Part shown: piece after piece, positions 49,761 to 60,596 of the stretch
How the letters are laid out: the number at the start of each line of letters is the position of its first letter
Numbering within the stretch: position 1 is the stretch's first letter
Assembly: GCA_030550585.1 (NCBI GenBank)
Contig: JAUQPB010000002.1
Location: forward strand, 64,001-128,000
Length of the DNA stretch: 64,000 nucleotides
Direction of reading: 5' to 3'
Source of the DNA: Thermoproteota archaeon
Lineage (GTDB): Archaea; Thermoproteota; Thermoprotei_A; Sulfolobales; Ignisphaeraceae
The notes under the pieces: generated by a model
What the model was told of the DNA's origin: nothing
Seen by the model: the letters and a program-made list of their open reading frames with translations, nothing else
Database searches by the model: none
Position numbers and translations under genes: made by a program

Positions 49761-50522
49761 ATGGCTCGAATGGGGGGATCAAAACATCTAAAAAGATTGG
49801 CTGCTCCTTGGTTCTGGCCTATTCTTAGAAAGGAGTATAAATGGGTTGTAAAGCCTTCGCCCGGACCTCATCCAATCGACAGAAGTCTGCCTTTACTTGT
49901 TGTCATAAGAGATGTTCTTGGTTTGGCTGAGACTGCAAGGGAGGCTAAGAGAATAATATTTGATGGAAAGGTTTATATAGATGGGGTAGTTCGAAAAGAC
50001 TATAAATTTCCAGTTGGCGTTATGGACACTATTTCAATACCTGATATAGACTTTTATGCACGGTTTGTTCCATACCCAGTAAAGTGCCTCTGGTATGTTA
50101 ATATACCTAAGGAAGAAAAGTCTTTGAAAATAGTCAGAGTAGAAAATAAGACCACTGTAAATGGAGGAGACATACAATTGAATTTAATGGATGGGAGGAA
50201 TATACAAATCAAGGTTAAAGATCCTACAAAACCTGTTGAAGCATCTAATATATCGACTCTCGACTCTTTATTGATAGAAGTTCCATCGCAGAATATATTG
50301 CAGCACATAAAATTAGATGTCGGCAAGCTTGCTGTGGTAATACATGGTAGAAATGTTGGAAGAATTGGAAGAATAGTAAGTATAGACATCAAGCCAGGTC
50401 TCAAAAAAAGAAGATCTATCGTGATGTTAGAAGATTTACAAGGCCATAGGTTTCAAACAATTTTAGATTACATAGTAGTCATAGGTGAGGATAAGCCCTT
50501 GATAACTGTGGCAGGGATATAG
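49761..50522 (+). CDS. rps4e: 30S ribosomal protein S4e
   Basis: HLKRLAAP, PSPGPH, FPVGVMD. Confidence 0.96.
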   Translation: MARMGGSKHLKRLAAPWFWPILRKEYKWVVKPSPGPHPIDRSLPLLVVIRDVLGLAETAREAKRIIFDGKVYIDGVVRKDYKFPVGVMDTISIPDIDFYARFVPYPVKCLWYVNIPKEEKSLKIVRVENKTTVNGGDIQLNLMDGRNIQIKVKDPTKPVEASNISTLDSLLIEVPSQNILQHIKLDVGKLAVVIHGRNVGRIGRIVSIDIKPGLKKRRSIVMLEDLQGHRFQTILDYIVVIGEDKPLITVAGI

Positions 50523-50534
50523 GGTGGTAGCTCA

Positions 50535-51164
50535 ATGTCGTCAATGGCAATAATAAAGAACGGATGTATAACACTGTCTTCGGTGCCAGAGACATATTCA
50601 AGCTCTATTTTAAACCAAGAAACTGTCAACTCTATAATTAAGATGTGGAGAGAAAAGCCTATGACAATACCAAGAATAGCTAAGGTAACAGTAAATATTA
50701 GTGTTGGGGGAGCTTCGGAAAGACTTGAAAAGGCTGTGAAATTGCTTGAGCAGCTAACAGGTCAAGAACCATCTATACGCAAAGCTAAGAAGACTATTAG
50801 AGAATTTGGCATTAGTAGGAGGCAACCTATAGCTGCTGTAGTCACTCTTCGTGGACAAAAGGCACTAGAATTCCTTAGGAAGGCCCTTTATGCCGTTAAT
50901 AACACGCTTAAGTTAACCTCTTTTGATGATTATGGCAATGTCTCTTTTGGAATTAAAGAGCATTTGCTATTGCCTGGTGTAAGATACGATCCAGAGATAG
51001 GCATATTTGGAATGGATGTTGCTCTAACCTTTGAAAGGGCTGGTTTCAGGGTTATGAGAAGACGTAGGAAAAAGGTATCATCAATACCGCGAAGACATAG
51101 GGTAAGGAAGGAGGAGAGCATACTCTTGCTAGAGATTTTATTTAGGGTTCGTGTTACGAGCTGA
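50535..51164 (+). CDS. rpl5: 50S ribosomal protein L5
   Basis: KVTVNISVG, LTGQEP, VTLRG, YDPEIGIFGMD. Confidence 0.96.
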   Translation: MSSMAIIKNGCITLSSVPETYSSSILNQETVNSIIKMWREKPMTIPRIAKVTVNISVGGASERLEKAVKLLEQLTGQEPSIRKAKKTIREFGISRRQPIAAVVTLRGQKALEFLRKALYAVNNTLKLTSFDDYGNVSFGIKEHLLLPGVRYDPEIGIFGMDVALTFERAGFRVMRRRRKKVSSIPRRHRVRKEESILLLEILFRVRVTS

Positions 51165-51178
51165 GGGAGGTGAGTTAA

Positions 51179-51343
51179 ATGGGTAAGTATAGACCTCCTG
51201 CAGAAAGAAAATATGGACGCGGTGCACAAGTATGTAGAAGATGTGGTAACAGGGATGCGGTAATACAGAAATATGGTATATACCTCTGTAGGCAATGTTT
51301 TAGAGAGGTAGCTATGGTAATGGGGTTTAGAAAGTATAACTAA
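51179..51343 (+). CDS. rps14: 30S ribosomal protein S14 (Zn-binding)
   Basis: Not in the ORF track (54 aa): MGKYRPPAERKYGRGAQVCRRCGNRDAVIQKYGIYLCRQCFRE...GFRKYN. Confidence 0.96.
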   Translation: MGKYRPPAERKYGRGAQVCRRCGNRDAVIQKYGIYLCRQCFREVAMVMGFRKYN

Positions 51344-51348
51344 GGTGA

Positions 51349-51756
51349 ATGTCTATGACAATGTTAGATACACTTGCAAATGCACTTGCAACAATCACAA
51401 ATGCTGAGGCTAGGAGGAAATCAGAGGCGCTGATATGGCCAGCTTCAAAACTCATAATAAGGGTTCTAAGAGTTATGCAAAAATATGGTTATGTTGGAGA
51501 ATTTGAGTATATAGATGATGGTAGATGGGGAAAGATACTAGTTCAGTTAATGGGCAGGATAAACAAGGCAGGTGCTATAAAGCCTAGGATTGCTGTTTCA
51601 TATAGAGATTTGTTGCAGATGCCTCACTATATAAGAAGGTACTTGCCCTCGAAAGACATTGGAATACTAATCCTATCGACAAACCAGGGCGTTCTCTCCC
51701 ATAAAGAGGCTATAGAAAAGAAAATAGGCGGCATTCTAATAGCCTATGTCTACTAG
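51349..51756 (+). CDS. rps8: 30S ribosomal protein S8
   Basis: [23 protein letters not shown]. Confidence 0.96.
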   Translation: MSMTMLDTLANALATITNAEARRKSEALIWPASKLIIRVLRVMQKYGYVGEFEYIDDGRWGKILVQLMGRINKAGAIKPRIAVSYRDLLQMPHYIRRYLPSKDIGILILSTNQGVLSHKEAIEKKIGGILIAYVY

Positions 51757-51758
51757 CA

Positions 51759-52316
51759 GTGGTGAAAATGGCTAAGGCAGTGCATTTAGTTGATCAAATA
51801 GAGATTCCAAACGGTGTTGAGGTAGAGGTAAACAATAAAATAGTTAGGGTTAAGGGACCTAAGGGAGAGCTCGTAAGAGATTTTAGCTATGCGAAAAACA
51901 TAGATATCAGAGTGGAAAATGGTAAAGTAGTTCTAGAGACCTTCTTTGCTAACAGCAAGACAAAAGCATTGTTATACACAATTTCTTCTCATATAAACAA
52001 TATGATAATCGGTGTAACGAAAGGTTGGAGATACAAGCTCAAGGTTGTTTCTTCGCACTTTCCTGTTACTGTTAAGGTTTCTGGAGATAATGTGATTATC
52101 GAGAACTTTCTTGGTGAAAGAGCTCCTAGAAAGGCAAAGATATTAGAAGGTGTTAAGGTTAAGGTTGAGGGCAAGGACATAATTGTTGAGGGAGTGGATT
52201 TGGAGAAGGTTTCGCAAACAGCTGCAAACATAGAAATTGCTACTAAAGTTAAAGACAAAGATAGGAGGATATTTGTTGATGGTATATACATCTATGAGAG
52301 GGGTGTAGCAGAATGA
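51759..52316 (+). CDS. rpl6: 50S ribosomal protein L6
   Basis: [25 protein letters not shown]. Confidence 0.96.
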   Translation: MVKMAKAVHLVDQIEIPNGVEVEVNNKIVRVKGPKGELVRDFSYAKNIDIRVENGKVVLETFFANSKTKALLYTISSHINNMIIGVTKGWRYKLKVVSSHFPVTVKVSGDNVIIENFLGERAPRKAKILEGVKVKVEGKDIIVEGVDLEKVSQTAANIEIATKVKDKDRRIFVDGIYIYERGVAE

Positions 52317-52744
52317 GTGCTGATTATAAAGAGATGTTAGCAAAAAGAATAGAAATATTAAGAAGTTTGAGAAAGAAAAGAAGGGTATTGCTATTGAAAA
52401 TGCGTATGAGAAAACCAGAGTTTCTTAGATGGCTGTGGTGGAAGTTTGCAAAGTTTGAAAATAACCTGAAGTGGAAAAGGCCTAGGGGAAAAGATAATCC
52501 AGTTAGGTTAGCGCTGAAGGGTTATCCACCCAAAGCGTCTATAGGTTATGGCACACCAAATGAAATTAAGGATCTTCATCCCAGTGGGTTAAAGCCGGTA
52601 GTGGTTGCAAACGTGGCAGATCTGAATAAGCTTGATCCATCAAAGCATATAGTTTATATAGCCTCAAGCGTAGGCCTTAAAAAGAGACTAGAGTTAGTTA
52701 AGCTAGCTAAGTCAAAGGGTTTAAAGGTAGCTAATGAGAGGTGA
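52313..52744 (+). CDS. rpl32e: 50S ribosomal protein L32e
   Basis: [20 protein letters not shown]. Confidence 0.95.
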   Translation: MSADYKEMLAKRIEILRSLRKKRRVLLLKMRMRKPEFLRWLWWKFAKFENNLKWKRPRGKDNPVRLALKGYPPKASIGYGTPNEIKDLHPSGLKPVVVANVADLNKLDPSKHIVYIASSVGLKKRLELVKLAKSKGLKVANER

Positions 52745-52752
52745 GGTTATTA

Positions 52753-53211
52753 ATGGATCTCAGTTATCAAAAAAGGTTGGCGGCTGAGATACTGGGTGTA
52801 GGAGAATCTAGGATAAGGTTCGATATCTCAGCTATTGATAGAATAGAGGGTGCTGTAACAAAGGAGGAAATAAGGAGACTGATAAAAGATGGTGTCATAT
52901 ATGCTGAATATGCGAAGAGCAATTCGAGAGGGAGATGGCGAGAGTTTCACGAGGAAAGAAAGGAGGGACGGCATAGAGGACAAGGGAAGAGGAAGGGTGC
53001 TAAAGGAGCAAGAACAGATCCTAAAAGACTATGGATAAATAGGATCAGAAAGATTAGGAGGTATCTCAAATGGCTCAGAGATAATGGAGTCATAGACAAG
53101 AAGACATATAGATTGTTGTATAGGAAAGCAAAAGGAGGAGCGTTTGACAGTCTAGCCTCTTTAAAAAGGTATATGAAGGAACAAAATATTCTACCTCAAA
53201 ACGCTAGGTGA
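52753..53211 (+). CDS. rpl19e: 50S ribosomal protein L19e
   Basis: QKRLAA.ILGVG, RG.GKRKGAKGAR, LYRKAKGG. Confidence 0.96.
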   Translation: MDLSYQKRLAAEILGVGESRIRFDISAIDRIEGAVTKEEIRRLIKDGVIYAEYAKSNSRGRWREFHEERKEGRHRGQGKRKGAKGARTDPKRLWINRIRKIRRYLKWLRDNGVIDKKTYRLLYRKAKGGAFDSLASLKRYMKEQNILPQNAR

Positions 53212-53215
53212 TTAG

Positions 53216-53878
53216 GTGAGTAAATTGGCTCATGGGCCAAATTATAAAGTAGCTAGAAGGAGAAGAAGGGAAGGGAAGACAAACTACCATAAAAGATATA
53301 AACTTGTGAGAAACAAACACATAATTCTAGTAATCAGGAAGACCAACAAGTACATAAATGTTCAATTCGTTTATCCAACACCTATAGGAGATTACACAAT
53401 AGCATCTGCTCACAGCAGAGAGCTCATAAAACTATTTGGATGGAGAGGTGGAACAAAGAATACGCCAGCAGCATATCTTGTAGGGCTTTTGGCTGGCTTA
53501 AGAGCGAGTAAACTGGGAATTAAAGAAGCTATAGCTGATATAGGTCTTCATAGACCTGTCAAAGGGTCGAAAGTATTTGCAGTAATAAAAGGTGTTATCG
53601 ATGGTGGTGTAAAGGTTCCTGTGGATCAAGAGATGCTACCGAGCGACGATAGAGTGAAAGGTGTTACGATAGCCGAATATGCTAAGATGCTAAGTGAAAA
53701 AGATCCAGAGAAGTTTAATAGGCAATTCTCTATGTTGCTTAGATCAGGTTTTGATCCAAGGAACATAGTTGAACACTTTGAACATGTAAAGAATGCAATA
53801 ATAAACGTTTATTCCTCTATACCGGAGAATAAAAATGTTGCAAACATCATTGAGAGTTTATTGAAGAAAGGCGTGTGA
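53216..53878 (+). CDS. rpl18: 50S ribosomal protein L18
   Basis: [23 protein letters not shown]. Confidence 0.96.
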   Translation: MSKLAHGPNYKVARRRRREGKTNYHKRYKLVRNKHIILVIRKTNKYINVQFVYPTPIGDYTIASAHSRELIKLFGWRGGTKNTPAAYLVGLLAGLRASKLGIKEAIADIGLHRPVKGSKVFAVIKGVIDGGVKVPVDQEMLPSDDRVKGVTIAEYAKMLSEKDPEKFNRQFSMLLRSGFDPRNIVEHFEHVKNAIINVYSSIPENKNVANIIESLLKKGV

Positions 53879-54531
53879 AAGGTGATGAAATGGCTATGAG
53901 TATAAATGTTGAGGAGTGGACTCCTAGGACAAGACTTGGCTGGATGGTTAAAGAAGGCAAGATAACATCAATAGACCAAGTATTCGCTATGAATGCAGTA
54001 ATAATGGAGCCTGAAATTGTTGATATTCTCCTTCCCAATTTAAAACAAGAGATTTTAGATGTTGTGCTAGTGCAGAAAATGACTGATGCCGGCAGGATTT
54101 CAAGATTTAGAGCTGTTGTTGCTGTTGGTAATGAAAATGGATATATCGGTCTAGGCATAGGAAAGGCAAAGCAGCTGAGGACAGCCATAGAAAAGGCTGT
54201 TATAGATGCTAAGCTGAATATAGTTCCTGTTAGAAGAGGTTGTGGAAGCTGGGAATGTAGCTGTAATGAACCTCATTCAGTTCCATTTAGAGTTCGCGGT
54301 AAATCTGGCAGTGTGGAAATAACATTAATTCCTGCGCCGCTTGGCGTAGGGATAGTCGCAGGAGAAGTTGCTAAAACAATTTTGCGTTTAGCTGGATTAA
54401 GAGATGTATGGACTTTCACAAAAGGCGAGACAAGAACAACAATAAATTTTGCTAAGGCTGTATACAACGCTCTTAAAAACACAAACAAATTTGTGACACC
54501 AGTTGACTGGGGTAAGAAAGCATGGGAGTGA
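53875..54531 (+). CDS. rps5: 30S ribosomal protein S5
   Basis: [26 protein letters not shown]. Confidence 0.96.
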   Translation: MKGDEMAMSINVEEWTPRTRLGWMVKEGKITSIDQVFAMNAVIMEPEIVDILLPNLKQEILDVVLVQKMTDAGRISRFRAVVAVGNENGYIGLGIGKAKQLRTAIEKAVIDAKLNIVPVRRGCGSWECSCNEPHSVPFRVRGKSGSVEITLIPAPLGVGIVAGEVAKTILRLAGLRDVWTFTKGETRTTINFAKAVYNALKNTNKFVTPVDWGKKAWE

Positions 54532-55013
54532 GCATAACAAAGTTGTATGCAATTATAAGGCTAAGAGGCGTTGTGGGAACTCCAAAAGATGTAGAGTATA
54601 CTCTACGTCTTTTGAGACTTACAAGAAAGTTTCACTGTGTTATATACCCAGCCACACCAGCGATAGAGGGAATGTTGGAAAAGGCTAAGGATTGGATTAC
54701 GTGGGGGGAGATAGATCTTCCTGTTTTAACTCAGTTACTTAAAACTAGGGGTAGAATAGTTGGAGGCAAACCGCTAACCGATGAATATGTTAAGAGGGTT
54801 TTAGGATTTGAAAATATAGATGCGTTAGCAAAGGCTATATTTGAGAATAAAGTGTTTTACCATAAATTAGAAGATTATGGAATAAAACCTGTGTTTAGGT
54901 TACATCCACCATCAAAAGGCTTCAAAGGAAGTATCAAAAAACCTTATAAAGATGGTGGAGAATTGGGATATAGAGGTAGGGATATAAACGATTTGTTGTT
55001 AAGGATGATGTAA
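54522..55013 (+). CDS. rpl30: 50S ribosomal protein L30
   Basis: [25 protein letters not shown]. Confidence 0.95.
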   Translation: MGVSITKLYAIIRLRGVVGTPKDVEYTLRLLRLTRKFHCVIYPATPAIEGMLEKAKDWITWGEIDLPVLTQLLKTRGRIVGGKPLTDEYVKRVLGFENIDALAKAIFENKVFYHKLEDYGIKPVFRLHPPSKGFKGSIKKPYKDGGELGYRGRDINDLLLRMM

Positions 55014-55014
55014 A

Positions 55015-55458
55015 ATGGTTGTTAGAAGAGAGAAGAAGAGTAGAAAAATGCATGGGTATAGAAATCGAGGCTGGGGTAGCATAGGACAACACAGGAAGTC
55101 TGGGTCAAGAGGAGGTAGAGGGGCAAGCGGTATGCATAAACACAAATGGTCTTGGGTATTAAAATATTTCAGGGATTGGTTTGGAGACAAAGGTTTCATA
55201 TCAAGGAGTAGGAATACAATGGTGAAAGCTATAAATGTTGGTGAATTGAATGATATTGTTGCAAAATTGATGCAAAGTCAAAAGGCTGTTATAGAAGACG
55301 GTAAGGTGGTTATAAACCTATCCGAACTAGGTATAAACAAGCTTCTTGGGGGAGGAACAATTGGGTATCCAGTCAAGGTTTTTGTTGCATCATTTTCTAA
55401 AAAAGCTAAAGAGAAAATAGAAAAAGCAGGAGGTGTAGTACAAAAAATACTCCAATAG
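55015..55458 (+). CDS. rpl15: 50S ribosomal protein L15
   Basis: GWG..GQHR.SG.RGGRG, AKEKIEKAGG. Confidence 0.96.
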   Translation: MVVRREKKSRKMHGYRNRGWGSIGQHRKSGSRGGRGASGMHKHKWSWVLKYFRDWFGDKGFISRSRNTMVKAINVGELNDIVAKLMQSQKAVIEDGKVVINLSELGINKLLGGGTIGYPVKVFVASFSKKAKEKIEKAGGVVQKILQ

Positions 55459-55534
55459 AGTATTTATATTTTCCAGTCTTATACCAAACCTTCAAGATTT
55501 AAACTGACTGACTTCAGTTAATCATAATAGGTGT

Positions 55535-56914
55535 ATGAAGTTGGGGATAATCGAGGCTTTGGCAAAAATAGGGCTTGTGATACCATCTGCTCCAAGACCT
55601 GCTAGAAAAGTCTCTTTAGGAAAAAGGCTCTTGTTTACAGCACTAGTGGCAATAGCGTACGTTATGTTGGCTTCAACAAAGCTTTACGGCATTCAAATGG
55701 CTGGCAGGGGAACAATATCTCCGATTATAAGCATTATTTTGGCTATGCAGTCTGGAACTTTTGCACAGCTTGGTATCGGCCCTATAGTTACAGCTGGTCT
55801 GATTCTGCAGATACTTGTTGGTGCAAAGATATTAAACCTAGATTTAAACGATCCTGAAGCCAGAAAGAACTTTACATTGGCTTCCAAAGGTCTTGGAATA
55901 ATATTAGCTGTTGTAGAGGCAACGGGTTTTGTGGTGAGTGGGGTTTACTGGTACGTTCCCCAAGCTGTCCCCATATGGATTAAGATCGCTGTCGTCCTTC
56001 AGCTTCTGTGGGGTGGAATAGTGATTATAATGCTTGATGAGGCTGTACAAAAAGGTTGGGGGCTTGGCAGTGGTGTAAGTCTCTTTATTTTAATAGGTGT
56101 TGCATGGAGGTTTTTCAGCGATCTTTTCACGCCTTATCCTCTTCAGACTGGAGGGGAAATATATGGGCTGGTACCATTTGTTATAACCAGTATTAGAAAT
56201 GGTGCATTAAACTTTTGGTACATTTTCATAGAGAGGCTTGCAATGGGCTATCCAACAATCGTTGGTTTTGTGACATCTATAGCTTTGATAGCAGCATTAT
56301 CTTATCTTAATGCTGCAAGAATAAATATACCAATAGTTGTGAGTAGATATGGAGGTATAAAAACTAAGGTTCCTCTACAACTTCTCTATGTAACTAACAT
56401 CCCTGTTCTGCTTACAGGTATACTGATATCAGATATATTACTCTTCTTGAATTTGTTTCAAAACTATATTGGAGCCAATACCGTTAACACTATTCGAGCC
56501 TATCTCTCCCCACCCACGCTATACGCGTTCATAATAAGGCCGTGGGAGTCTATAGCATATACGGTACTGTTTATGGCTCTGTGCATTCTGTTTGGCTTGT
56601 TATGGGTTGAGATAGCTGGTCTAAATCCGGAGGCTCAGGCAGAGAATCTAATAAAATCTGGGCTGGATATACCAGGTATGAGGAGAAACCCAAGAGTGTT
56701 AGCATCATATTTAGCAAGATACATATATCCACTTACAGTGTTTAGCTCAATAGTTGTAGCCTTGATATCGCTCATCGGCGATATATTCGGTAGTTATGGC
56801 ACTGGAACAGGATTATTGCTTGCAGTAGGGATAGTCTATAACTACTATCAGATACTACTGTATGAGAGAACACTTGAGATGTATCCAATGCTCCGAAGGT
56901 TAGTAGGTGAATAG
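55535..56914 (+). CDS. secY: Preprotein translocase SecY
   Basis: LGIGPIVTAGLILQ, GWGLGSGVSLFI, LYVTNIP and GTGLLL. Confidence 0.97.
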   Translation: MKLGIIEALAKIGLVIPSAPRPARKVSLGKRLLFTALVAIAYVMLASTKLYGIQMAGRGTISPIISIILAMQSGTFAQLGIGPIVTAGLILQILVGAKILNLDLNDPEARKNFTLASKGLGIILAVVEATGFVVSGVYWYVPQAVPIWIKIAVVLQLLWGGIVIIMLDEAVQKGWGLGSGVSLFILIGVAWRFFSDLFTPYPLQTGGEIYGLVPFVITSIRNGALNFWYIFIERLAMGYPTIVGFVTSIALIAALSYLNAARINIPIVVSRYGGIKTKVPLQLLYVTNIPVLLTGILISDILLFLNLFQNYIGANTVNTIRAYLSPPTLYAFIIRPWESIAYTVLFMALCILFGLLWVEIAGLNPEAQAENLIKSGLDIPGMRRNPRVLASYLARYIYPLTVFSSIVVALISLIGDIFGSYGTGTGLLLAVGIVYNYYQILLYERTLEMYPMLRRLVGE

Positions 56915-56932
56915 AATCTGAATGCTGTAGTC

Positions 56933-57382
56933 ATGCTAGCACTTACAATAAGTCTTACAGTAAATACCCTAGCTCTCTATGGTACAATAAATGTTGTTAA
57001 ACGATATAATATTTCAAAGCAGAGTGCTATGATTGAGCGAACAGTTAGAAAGGCTTATATAAGCAGAAAGAAATATATTGTTGCCTCGTCACAAGTGCGG
57101 AAGATTAGGGGAAGCATTTTTAAGTTATCAATGTTTCAATTTATAATACCATTCACCTTCTACATCATAGCACTTGTCCTATATGCATTAATAACTGCAA
57201 TTCTTTTTGGAAACTACGTTGATGTGATAAAAATCAACAGTGTTTGTATAGCTCCCATTCCAATAGCGTTTCCAGCGGGGGGTGCATGTAGCCTATCAGT
57301 TGTATGGATACACTTCCTAGTATTCCTATTATATCTGCCCCTATATGACTACTATGCTAAGAGGTATCTTGGTCAATATTAA
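56933..57382 (+). CDS. Membrane protein (DUF106/EMC3-TMCO1-like by position)
   Basis: TM-coiled-TM layout between secY and rpl34e. Confidence 0.55.
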   Translation: MLALTISLTVNTLALYGTINVVKRYNISKQSAMIERTVRKAYISRKKYIVASSQVRKIRGSIFKLSMFQFIIPFTFYIIALVLYALITAILFGNYVDVIKINSVCIAPIPIAFPAGGACSLSVVWIHFLVFLLYLPLYDYYAKRYLGQY

Positions 57383-57495
57383 GTTGTGTATTCTATAAAC
57401 AACAAATAGTAAATAGGTTCATCATTTAAAGCTTATAAGCGTGGGCATAGCAACATTTTGTATATAGTAATGGCTAAAGCTGGTGTTTTTAATAT

Positions 57496-57771
57496 ATGAC
57501 GAGACCTGCTCTCAGGTCAAGATCCTATAAGAGGGTGTATAGAAGGACACCAGGCGGGAAAACTGTTGTGCACTATGAGAGAAGAAAGAACACCCCAATG
57601 AGATGTGCCAGATGTGGTACAATATTAAATGGAGTCCCGATAAAAGATTATCTGAGAAGGAAATTGCCTAAGACATTAAAAAGACCTCAGAGAATGTTTG
57701 GAGGCGTTCTCTGTGCTAATTGTTTGAGAGAGGTTCTAAAGATTGTGGTGAAAGAATCTGTCGCAAAATAA
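57496..57771 (+). CDS. rpl34e: 50S ribosomal protein L34e
   Basis: RSRS..R...RTPGG, CARCG, RP.R.FGGVLC..CL. Confidence 0.96.
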   Translation: MTRPALRSRSYKRVYRRTPGGKTVVHYERRKNTPMRCARCGTILNGVPIKDYLRRKLPKTLKRPQRMFGGVLCANCLREVLKIVVKESVAK

Positions 57772-58315
57772 GAAAATTGTTATAGCAATAGGTGGTCCAC
57801 CAGGTAGTGGAAAAACAACGGTTGCAAAGCTTGTTGCTCAAAAATATGGTTTAAGACATGTTTCAATAGGGCAGATTTTTAGACGCATAGCTAGTGAACG
57901 AGGTCTTTCTCTTGCTCAGCTAACTGAGATTGCAGCTAGGGATCCGTCCATAGACTTAATGCTAGACTCTATTGCAAAGGAAGAGGCAAGAAAAGGCAAT
58001 GTGGTTATAGATGGCCATGCAGCTCCTTGGCTACTGAAAGGGCTTGCAGATCTAAGAATAGCTATAGTTGCGAGTTTTGATGTTAGGATCCAAAGGCTTG
58101 CCGAAAGAGATAAAAGACAGCTTGAGGAGGTTCTAAAAGAGACTAGGCTAAGAGAAGAGATAGAGAGGCACAGGTTTCTAAAACTTTACAACATCGACAT
58201 TAGTGATTATACGGACTTCGACCTAGTGATTAATAGTGAAAGATTTACCCCCGAAGAAATTGTTGAGATTATAGACAAAGCACTTGAAATTATATCTAGA
58301 AATACTAGAAAATAG
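57758..58315 (+). CDS. cmk: Cytidylate kinase (non-canonical CTG start)
   Basis: P-loop IAIGGPPGSGKTT lies 5' of the first ATG (57959) in the same open frame. In-frame TGA at 57749; GGTGA SD just before CTG 57758. Confidence 0.88.
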   Translation: MSQNKKIVIAIGGPPGSGKTTVAKLVAQKYGLRHVSIGQIFRRIASERGLSLAQLTEIAARDPSIDLMLDSIAKEEARKGNVVIDGHAAPWLLKGLADLRIAIVASFDVRIQRLAERDKRQLEEVLKETRLREEIERHRFLKLYNIDISDYTDFDLVINSERFTPEEIVEIIDKALEIISRNTRK

Positions 58316-58362
58316 CTTAAAAACCTTTCCAATTATTAAAGATATACCACAGCAAAAATGAG

Positions 58363-58674
58363 GTGGCAGATGTGCCAGCAATAGAAATTGGAAGAATATG
58401 TGTAAAGATTGCTGGTAGAGAAGCTGGTAGAAAATGTGTGATAGTAGATATAATAGACGATAACTATGTACTTATAACAGGGCCAAAACAAGTTTCTGGA
58501 GTGAAAAGAAGGAGATGTAATATAAATCATATAGAGGTGCTCGACAAAAAAATTGAGATACAAAAAGGAGCATCAGATGAAGAAGTTGCCAAGGCTCTAG
58601 AACAAGCAGGACTTATAGAGTTTATGAAGGAGAGGATAAAGGTTAGGCTAACACCAGCGCTGCTCAAGAAATAA
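58363..58674 (+). CDS. rpl14e: 50S ribosomal protein L14e
   Basis: [33 protein letters not shown]. Confidence 0.96.
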   Translation: MADVPAIEIGRICVKIAGREAGRKCVIVDIIDDNYVLITGPKQVSGVKRRRCNINHIEVLDKKIEIQKGASDEEVAKALEQAGLIEFMKERIKVRLTPALLKK

Positions 58675-58750
58675 TCATTCTGTTGCATGGGAATATTTTA
58701 CATTTCTAACAAAAATATTTCTAGTAAATATGAAAATTTGTGGGAGGGTT

Positions 58751-59835
58751 ATGAATATAGAAAGTGAAAAAGGTTTCAATTTTTTAAAGAAGCTAGATGA
58801 AATAGCGGGTAAGACACGTAATTATATAGTCAAGTCAGAAGCTGAAACAGACCCTAGATATGGGTTCTACCCACCTGAAAGACCTATCGACATTTATATA
58901 AGTTACGGGTTTATTCCACTAGACAAGCCCCCTGGTCCAACAAGTCATGAAGTTGTGGCATGGATTAAGAAAATGTTTGGAGTCTCTAAGGCTGGGCATG
59001 GAGGTACCCTAGAGCCCAAACCCTAGATGGGTTTGGGCGGGGAGACCCAAAGGTTACAGGAGTACTTCCAGTAGCTCTAGAAAATGCTACTAGAGTAATA
59101 GGATTGCTTATGCATTCCTACAAAGAGTATGTGGCTTTAATGGAGCTTCACGATAAGGTTGAAGTGGATAGGCTTATAGAGGTCATGAACATGTTTGTTG
59201 GCAAGATATATCAAAGACCACCCCTAAGATCATCTGTTAAAAGATCTTTGAGAGTCAAGGAGGTATATTCAATAGAGGTTCTAGAGATTGAGGATGGAAA
59301 ACATGTTCTGTTTAAAGTTAGATGTGAGTCTGGAACTTATATAAGGAAGCTTTGTCATGATATAGGTCTTCTGCTTGGTGTTGAAGCACATATGAGGGAG
59401 TTGAGAAGGACTGCAGTTGCTCATATAAGGGAGGATCTACCTGTTGTAACTATGCATGAGGTTAGCGAAGCTCTTTATCTTCATCGTAAATATGGGGATG
59501 AGACCCTCATTCGAAAGGTTGTTCTACCAGGAGAATTTATAGTTGCTCACTTACCAAGGATTATAGTAAAAGATTCTGCTGTTGGCGCTATAACACATGG
59601 TGCTCAACTTGCGGCACCTGGTGTAGTTGCCTTATCGAATGACGTTAAAAAAGGTGATAGGGTAGCTATATTCACATTGAAGGGAGAGCTTATAGCTGTT
59701 GGCAAAAGTGTTATGGATGTGGATGAAATTATGAAAAGTGAGAAGGGTATTGTGGCAAATATCGAGCGTGTTGTTATGCAACCAAATATATATCCACCTA
59801 TGTGGAGGAAAGCCAAGAAAGCAGAGGGATCATGA
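58751..59835 (+). CDS. cbf5: H/ACA pseudouridine synthase Cbf5 (two exons: 58751-59012 and 59045-59835)
   Basis: [12 protein letters not shown] and GHGGTL|DPKVTGVLP after removing the 32-nt intron; also YQRPP, GTYIRKL and a PUA domain. Confidence 0.95.
59013..59044 (+). other. 32-nt BHB-type mRNA intron in cbf5
   Basis: Helix CCCT/GGGG, two AGA bulges, and intron stem GCCCAAACCC/GGGTTTGGGC. Excision restores the catalytic Asp codon GAC. Confidence 0.92.
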
Positions 59836-60440
59836 CAGATTCGCACTATTATTCGAGAAAGGTAAAGAGAAGAGGTAACTATGCATTAATATCAGATGTT
59901 ATTAGAGGGATTACAGTAGAGTTTGAAGTTGTGCCAGGCCTATTCTCATATAAGAGAATTGATGAAGGCACAAAACTTCTTCTAGAACATGCTGAAGTAC
60001 CTGAAGAAGGTGTGGTACTCGATATGGGGTGTGGCTATGGTGTAATAGGGATTACCATAGCTAAGCTAAATCCAAAGCTAAGGGTTTATATGATAGATAT
60101 AAATGAAGAAGCTGTGAGACTGGCAAGAAGAAATGTTATCAGAAACAAACTAGATATAAACTCTATTATAGTTCTACATGGTAATTTATATGAACCAGTA
60201 GCGAACATGGCTTTTGACGCAATATACAGCAACCCACCCTTTGCAGCAGGTTCAGATGTTGTAGAAAGGATAATAGTAGAAGCACCAAAACATCTAAATA
60301 TAGGAGGAACGCTACAAATAGTTGCAAGAAAGGGCGCTGAAAAAATTGAGAAATTAATGAAACAGACCTTTGGCGAAGTAGAGATAAAAGCCTCTAAAAA
60401 AGGCTACAAAGTGCTTCTCGCACGAAAATTAAAATTATAA
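59832..60440 (+). CDS. RsmC/MTS-like class I SAM methyltransferase
   Basis: PGLFS..RIDEGT.LL, LDMGCGYG and SNPPF. Confidence 0.9.
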   Translation: MTDSHYYSRKVKRRGNYALISDVIRGITVEFEVVPGLFSYKRIDEGTKLLLEHAEVPEEGVVLDMGCGYGVIGITIAKLNPKLRVYMIDINEEAVRLARRNVIRNKLDINSIIVLHGNLYEPVANMAFDAIYSNPPFAAGSDVVERIIVEAPKHLNIGGTLQIVARKGAEKIEKLMKQTFGEVEIKASKKGYKVLLARKLKL

Positions 60441-60508
60441 GCCATTTTCATAAACAATTAAAAACAAAACAACTAGAAAAACAAAGTGAGTGTAACAAAC
60501 ATCAATGC

Positions 60509-60596
60509 GCCGGGGTGCCCGAGCGGTCTAAGGGGCTGGCCTTGAGAGCCAGTGGGGTATATCCCCGCGCGGGTTCAAATCCCGCCCCCGGCGCCA
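60509..60596 (+). tRNA. tRNA-Ser(TGA)
   Basis: GCCGGGG...CTGGC-CTTGAGA-GCCAG, long variable arm GGGG-TATAT-CCCC, GGTTCAAATCC and CCA. Confidence 0.96.

Noticed and set aside
58730-59835. cbf5 as a frameshifted pseudogene or two genes
   Set aside because: Fully explained by a 32-nt BHB intron.
27486-59846. Numerous 60-190 aa ORFs overlapping ribosomal and replication genes on the opposite strand or frame
   Set aside because: They are shadow ORFs of well-supported conserved genes and carry no motifs of their own.
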